The position numbers and the translations under genes were made by a program. A stretch of DNA of 64,000 nt from Leucoraja erinacea. Taxonomy: Eukaryota. The stretch covers positions 372,001 to 436,000 of the forward strand of contig NW_026576619.1 of assembly GCF_028641065.1 (NCBI RefSeq). Reading direction: 5' to 3'. Under the pieces are notes generated by a model. That model was given only the letters and a program-made list of their open reading frames with translations, made no database searches and was not told the origin of the DNA. Positions within the stretch are counted from its first letter, which is position 1, and every line of letters begins with the position of its first letter. Of this stretch, positions 61,401 through 64,000 are shown one piece after another.

Positions 61401-64000
61401 GAATCTGTGCAAATCCTTAAAAGCATCAGCGATTTTTACGTGAAATTAATTTCAGTGATTCATATAAAAATGGGCGTAAGGTTGTAACTTAAGTTAAGTG
61501 ATTATTGTAAGGAAGTTTACTGCGTGTATATTGGTTGGCATTATTTCCTGCGTCGCACAATGACGACTCAAGATAACTATTATATGAAAAGCGTTGAGGG
61601 ATCCAAGCGCCATAGAATGCAAAACAAACAAAGTTCAAGGCAAGGGAAGTCAGCGGGCCAAGCAGTATGAGTGGAGGGAAATGGACAGAACACGTTTCGG
61701 ATTGGACCCTTCTTCAGTCCGAAACGTCGTCTGAACAATTTCCTTTCACAGATGTTACATGACCTGTTGAGTCCCTCCAGCACTTTGTTCAAGATTCCAG
61801 CATTTAAACGTCTTAACGTCGTCAGAGAAATACAAACGTTTTTCTCTCGACTACACATGGAAAGCTGTTGTCGCCGAGGCAAATGACAGGTTACGTTCTC
61901 AGAGGCGAGGATGAAAACACTACTCAAACAGGCCATGGCCTTTCCAGAAACAGGGAGGCCCAGGAGCTACTCACTCCACGGAAACAAACATTGCTAAAAA
62001 AAACGGTCACCAACTATGTACAAAACAGTTATAAAATCTAAACATCAAACGGACCTTTAACAAAAATAATTTAAAGGCATGGAACATATTTAATAATTAG
62101 TACCTGGTCGAGTTGTCAGGCCAATAAAACGTTGGAGGGGAGGGGGGAGTGTTGACACACTCCTCCTGCCACCTGACGTGTCAATTTTAGCTCGAATTCC
62201 CTCGAAACTTGCTCATTTAAGCGGAGGAAAAAAAAACACCTTCCTTCGCACTCACCTCCCATTCTGTTCCGCTGTGTCTCCTTTCCCTTTATGTCGCTTG
62301 TCCTGTTTCTCTTCAGCGTTATTTACCACTAGCGGCGAATTCATGACATTTGTTACTAACTTATTTTGAAACAAACTTTGGATCGTTCGTGATCCGGGCT
62401 CGCCTGTTTCTCTGATTGCCTTATTTTTGCCAGCCCTGTTTCTCTTCCCCCCCACCCCACCTCTCCTCTTCCTCTTCCCCTTGCCCTCCCCCAGTGACGA
62501 AGGATCAGAATGAGAAACCACATTGTCAGCAGACACCCTTTTTACTCCGTCACTTCATTGAACAACGCGTTCAAAACATCGCTGACTGGGTCCTAGCGCC
62601 GTCGAGTTTGATCTGGACAGGAGGAGCCTGTCTGTAAATATTAATATATTCCCAGGACATCCCAATCTAAATTTCGATCAGTGTCATTTGGAGGGAAATG
62701 AAGAATTTTGGCATTAACGTGAAATTAATTATTTCAGTTATTCATATAAAAACGGGCGTAAGGTTGTAAGTTAATATTACGTTTGTCAACGCATTCGAAT
62801 GCTGTTTAAAAGCAGGTATCATCGTTTATTTTTCTCTTCTGCTGCCGTTTTCATGCCTTTATACCAATCATAACTTCATTGCACTGACCAGTTCTCATGC
62901 GTAGATTAGCAAGGTCCAGACCCGAAACATTGTCTTTTCATTCCCCTACCCAAACGCTGCCTGGCACGTTGTTCCAGTTTATTTCGCTATGGTTTGGCTG
63001 TTGTAGGCAAAGATCTTTGGTTATAGGTGTCGCGGCTGTGTCTGTTTCCTCGCGACAATCACACTTTTACTAGCTTTGTAATAAGGAGGGGCAGGGACTC
63101 TGGTTCTCCATTCAATAAACCAGAGAATTACCACCACAGATAGCAGTTCACATTCTGTTGTGTTGTCAGCACACTCCTACCAGTAGCCAAGTAAATGTGG
63201 AGGATACAAGCTGTTCTTTGTATAACCGTGATATAATCGCAGAATTGGCAGCGCAGGAAGTTAGCCACCCAAGCAACTCTGCCCTGTCGACCTCGCAGGA
63301 GCAGTCTAATTAGTCCATCGCTGCTCATTCCACCCAAAGTTGCAACTTTTCCATTTGAAATAAATGTTTCTATTGACTGGTTCCCCCGTAATTCAGCCTT
63401 TACAGTCCATATTATTACGTAACTGTGTTCAAAAGCACATTTTTCTTCTAGTGGTCCTTTGTCAAATATCTTAGGTCTTATCGTCCGGACACTAACCCCT
63501 CTGCCCCTGAGGAAACAGATCCCCATATACACCATCAATAATGTTCATGCTTCCTTTGTCTTTTACTTTAATATTAAAGGGAGTTGTGAATTTGTGGAAT
63601 TCACTGCCACAGAGGGCAGTGGAGGCCAAGTCACTGGATGGATTTAAGAGAGAGTTAGATAGAGCTCTAGGGGCTAGTGGAATCAAGGGATATGGGGAGA
63701 AGGCAGACACGGGTTATTGAATCAGCCATGATCACAATGAATGGCGGTGCTGGCCGAATGGCTTCCTCCTGCACATATTTTCTATGTTTCTAGAACAGTA
63801 GCAAATTCTCAGCCTGGACATGAAAGAAGTCCTTCATTAGAGTAATTCTGGTGACCAGACACACATTGAGACTCACGTATGTAGAGATTCCTGTCCCTGC
63901 TCCCTTTCTGTACTCTGTGACTGAAACTCTTCACCCTTAATCTCCAACAACATGGAGACCTGGTCAGGTGCACTGACCTCTGCCCCTGAGGATAGAATTG

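Noticed and set aside
63128-63538. 136-aa minus ORF or PRUNE1 3' end expected from synteny
   Set aside because: No recognisable motif or supportable splice structure.
1-64000. CRISPR array or prokaryotic operon/defence system
   Set aside because: Spliced eukaryotic genes throughout; no repeat-spacer periodicity.

Overview
Repeat-rich, spliced vertebrate DNA, most likely from a cartilaginous fish (skate/ray-like CR1 LINEs, HE1/V-type SINEs and Penelope-derived elements; taxon is inferred). The window holds the block syntenic with human 1q21.3. CDC42SE1 is on + (3 coding exons, 78 aa, CRIB motif, long 3' UTR). C1orf56/MENT is on - (one 498-aa coding exon), convergent with CDC42SE1. BNIPL is on - (9 well-supported coding exons plus a candidate first coding exon). 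A possible non-coding first exon of MLLT11 lies at the left end. Highlights: (1) more than a dozen Penelope pLTR-derived short elements, several carrying recognisable minimal hammerhead-ribozyme cores, including a 94-bp TSD-flanked insertion ending exactly at the ribozyme and several palindromic copies; (2) a 5'-inverted twin-priming L1 insertion with a 15-bp TSD and a 3' stem-loop; (3) a novel ~24-aa repeat array and an overlapping uORF in MENT; (4) a CDC42SE1 with CDC42SE2-like residues that lacks the CC motif. Gene and family calls rest on recalled protein motifs and hand-checked splice phases; no searches were run, and repeat boundaries are approximate.
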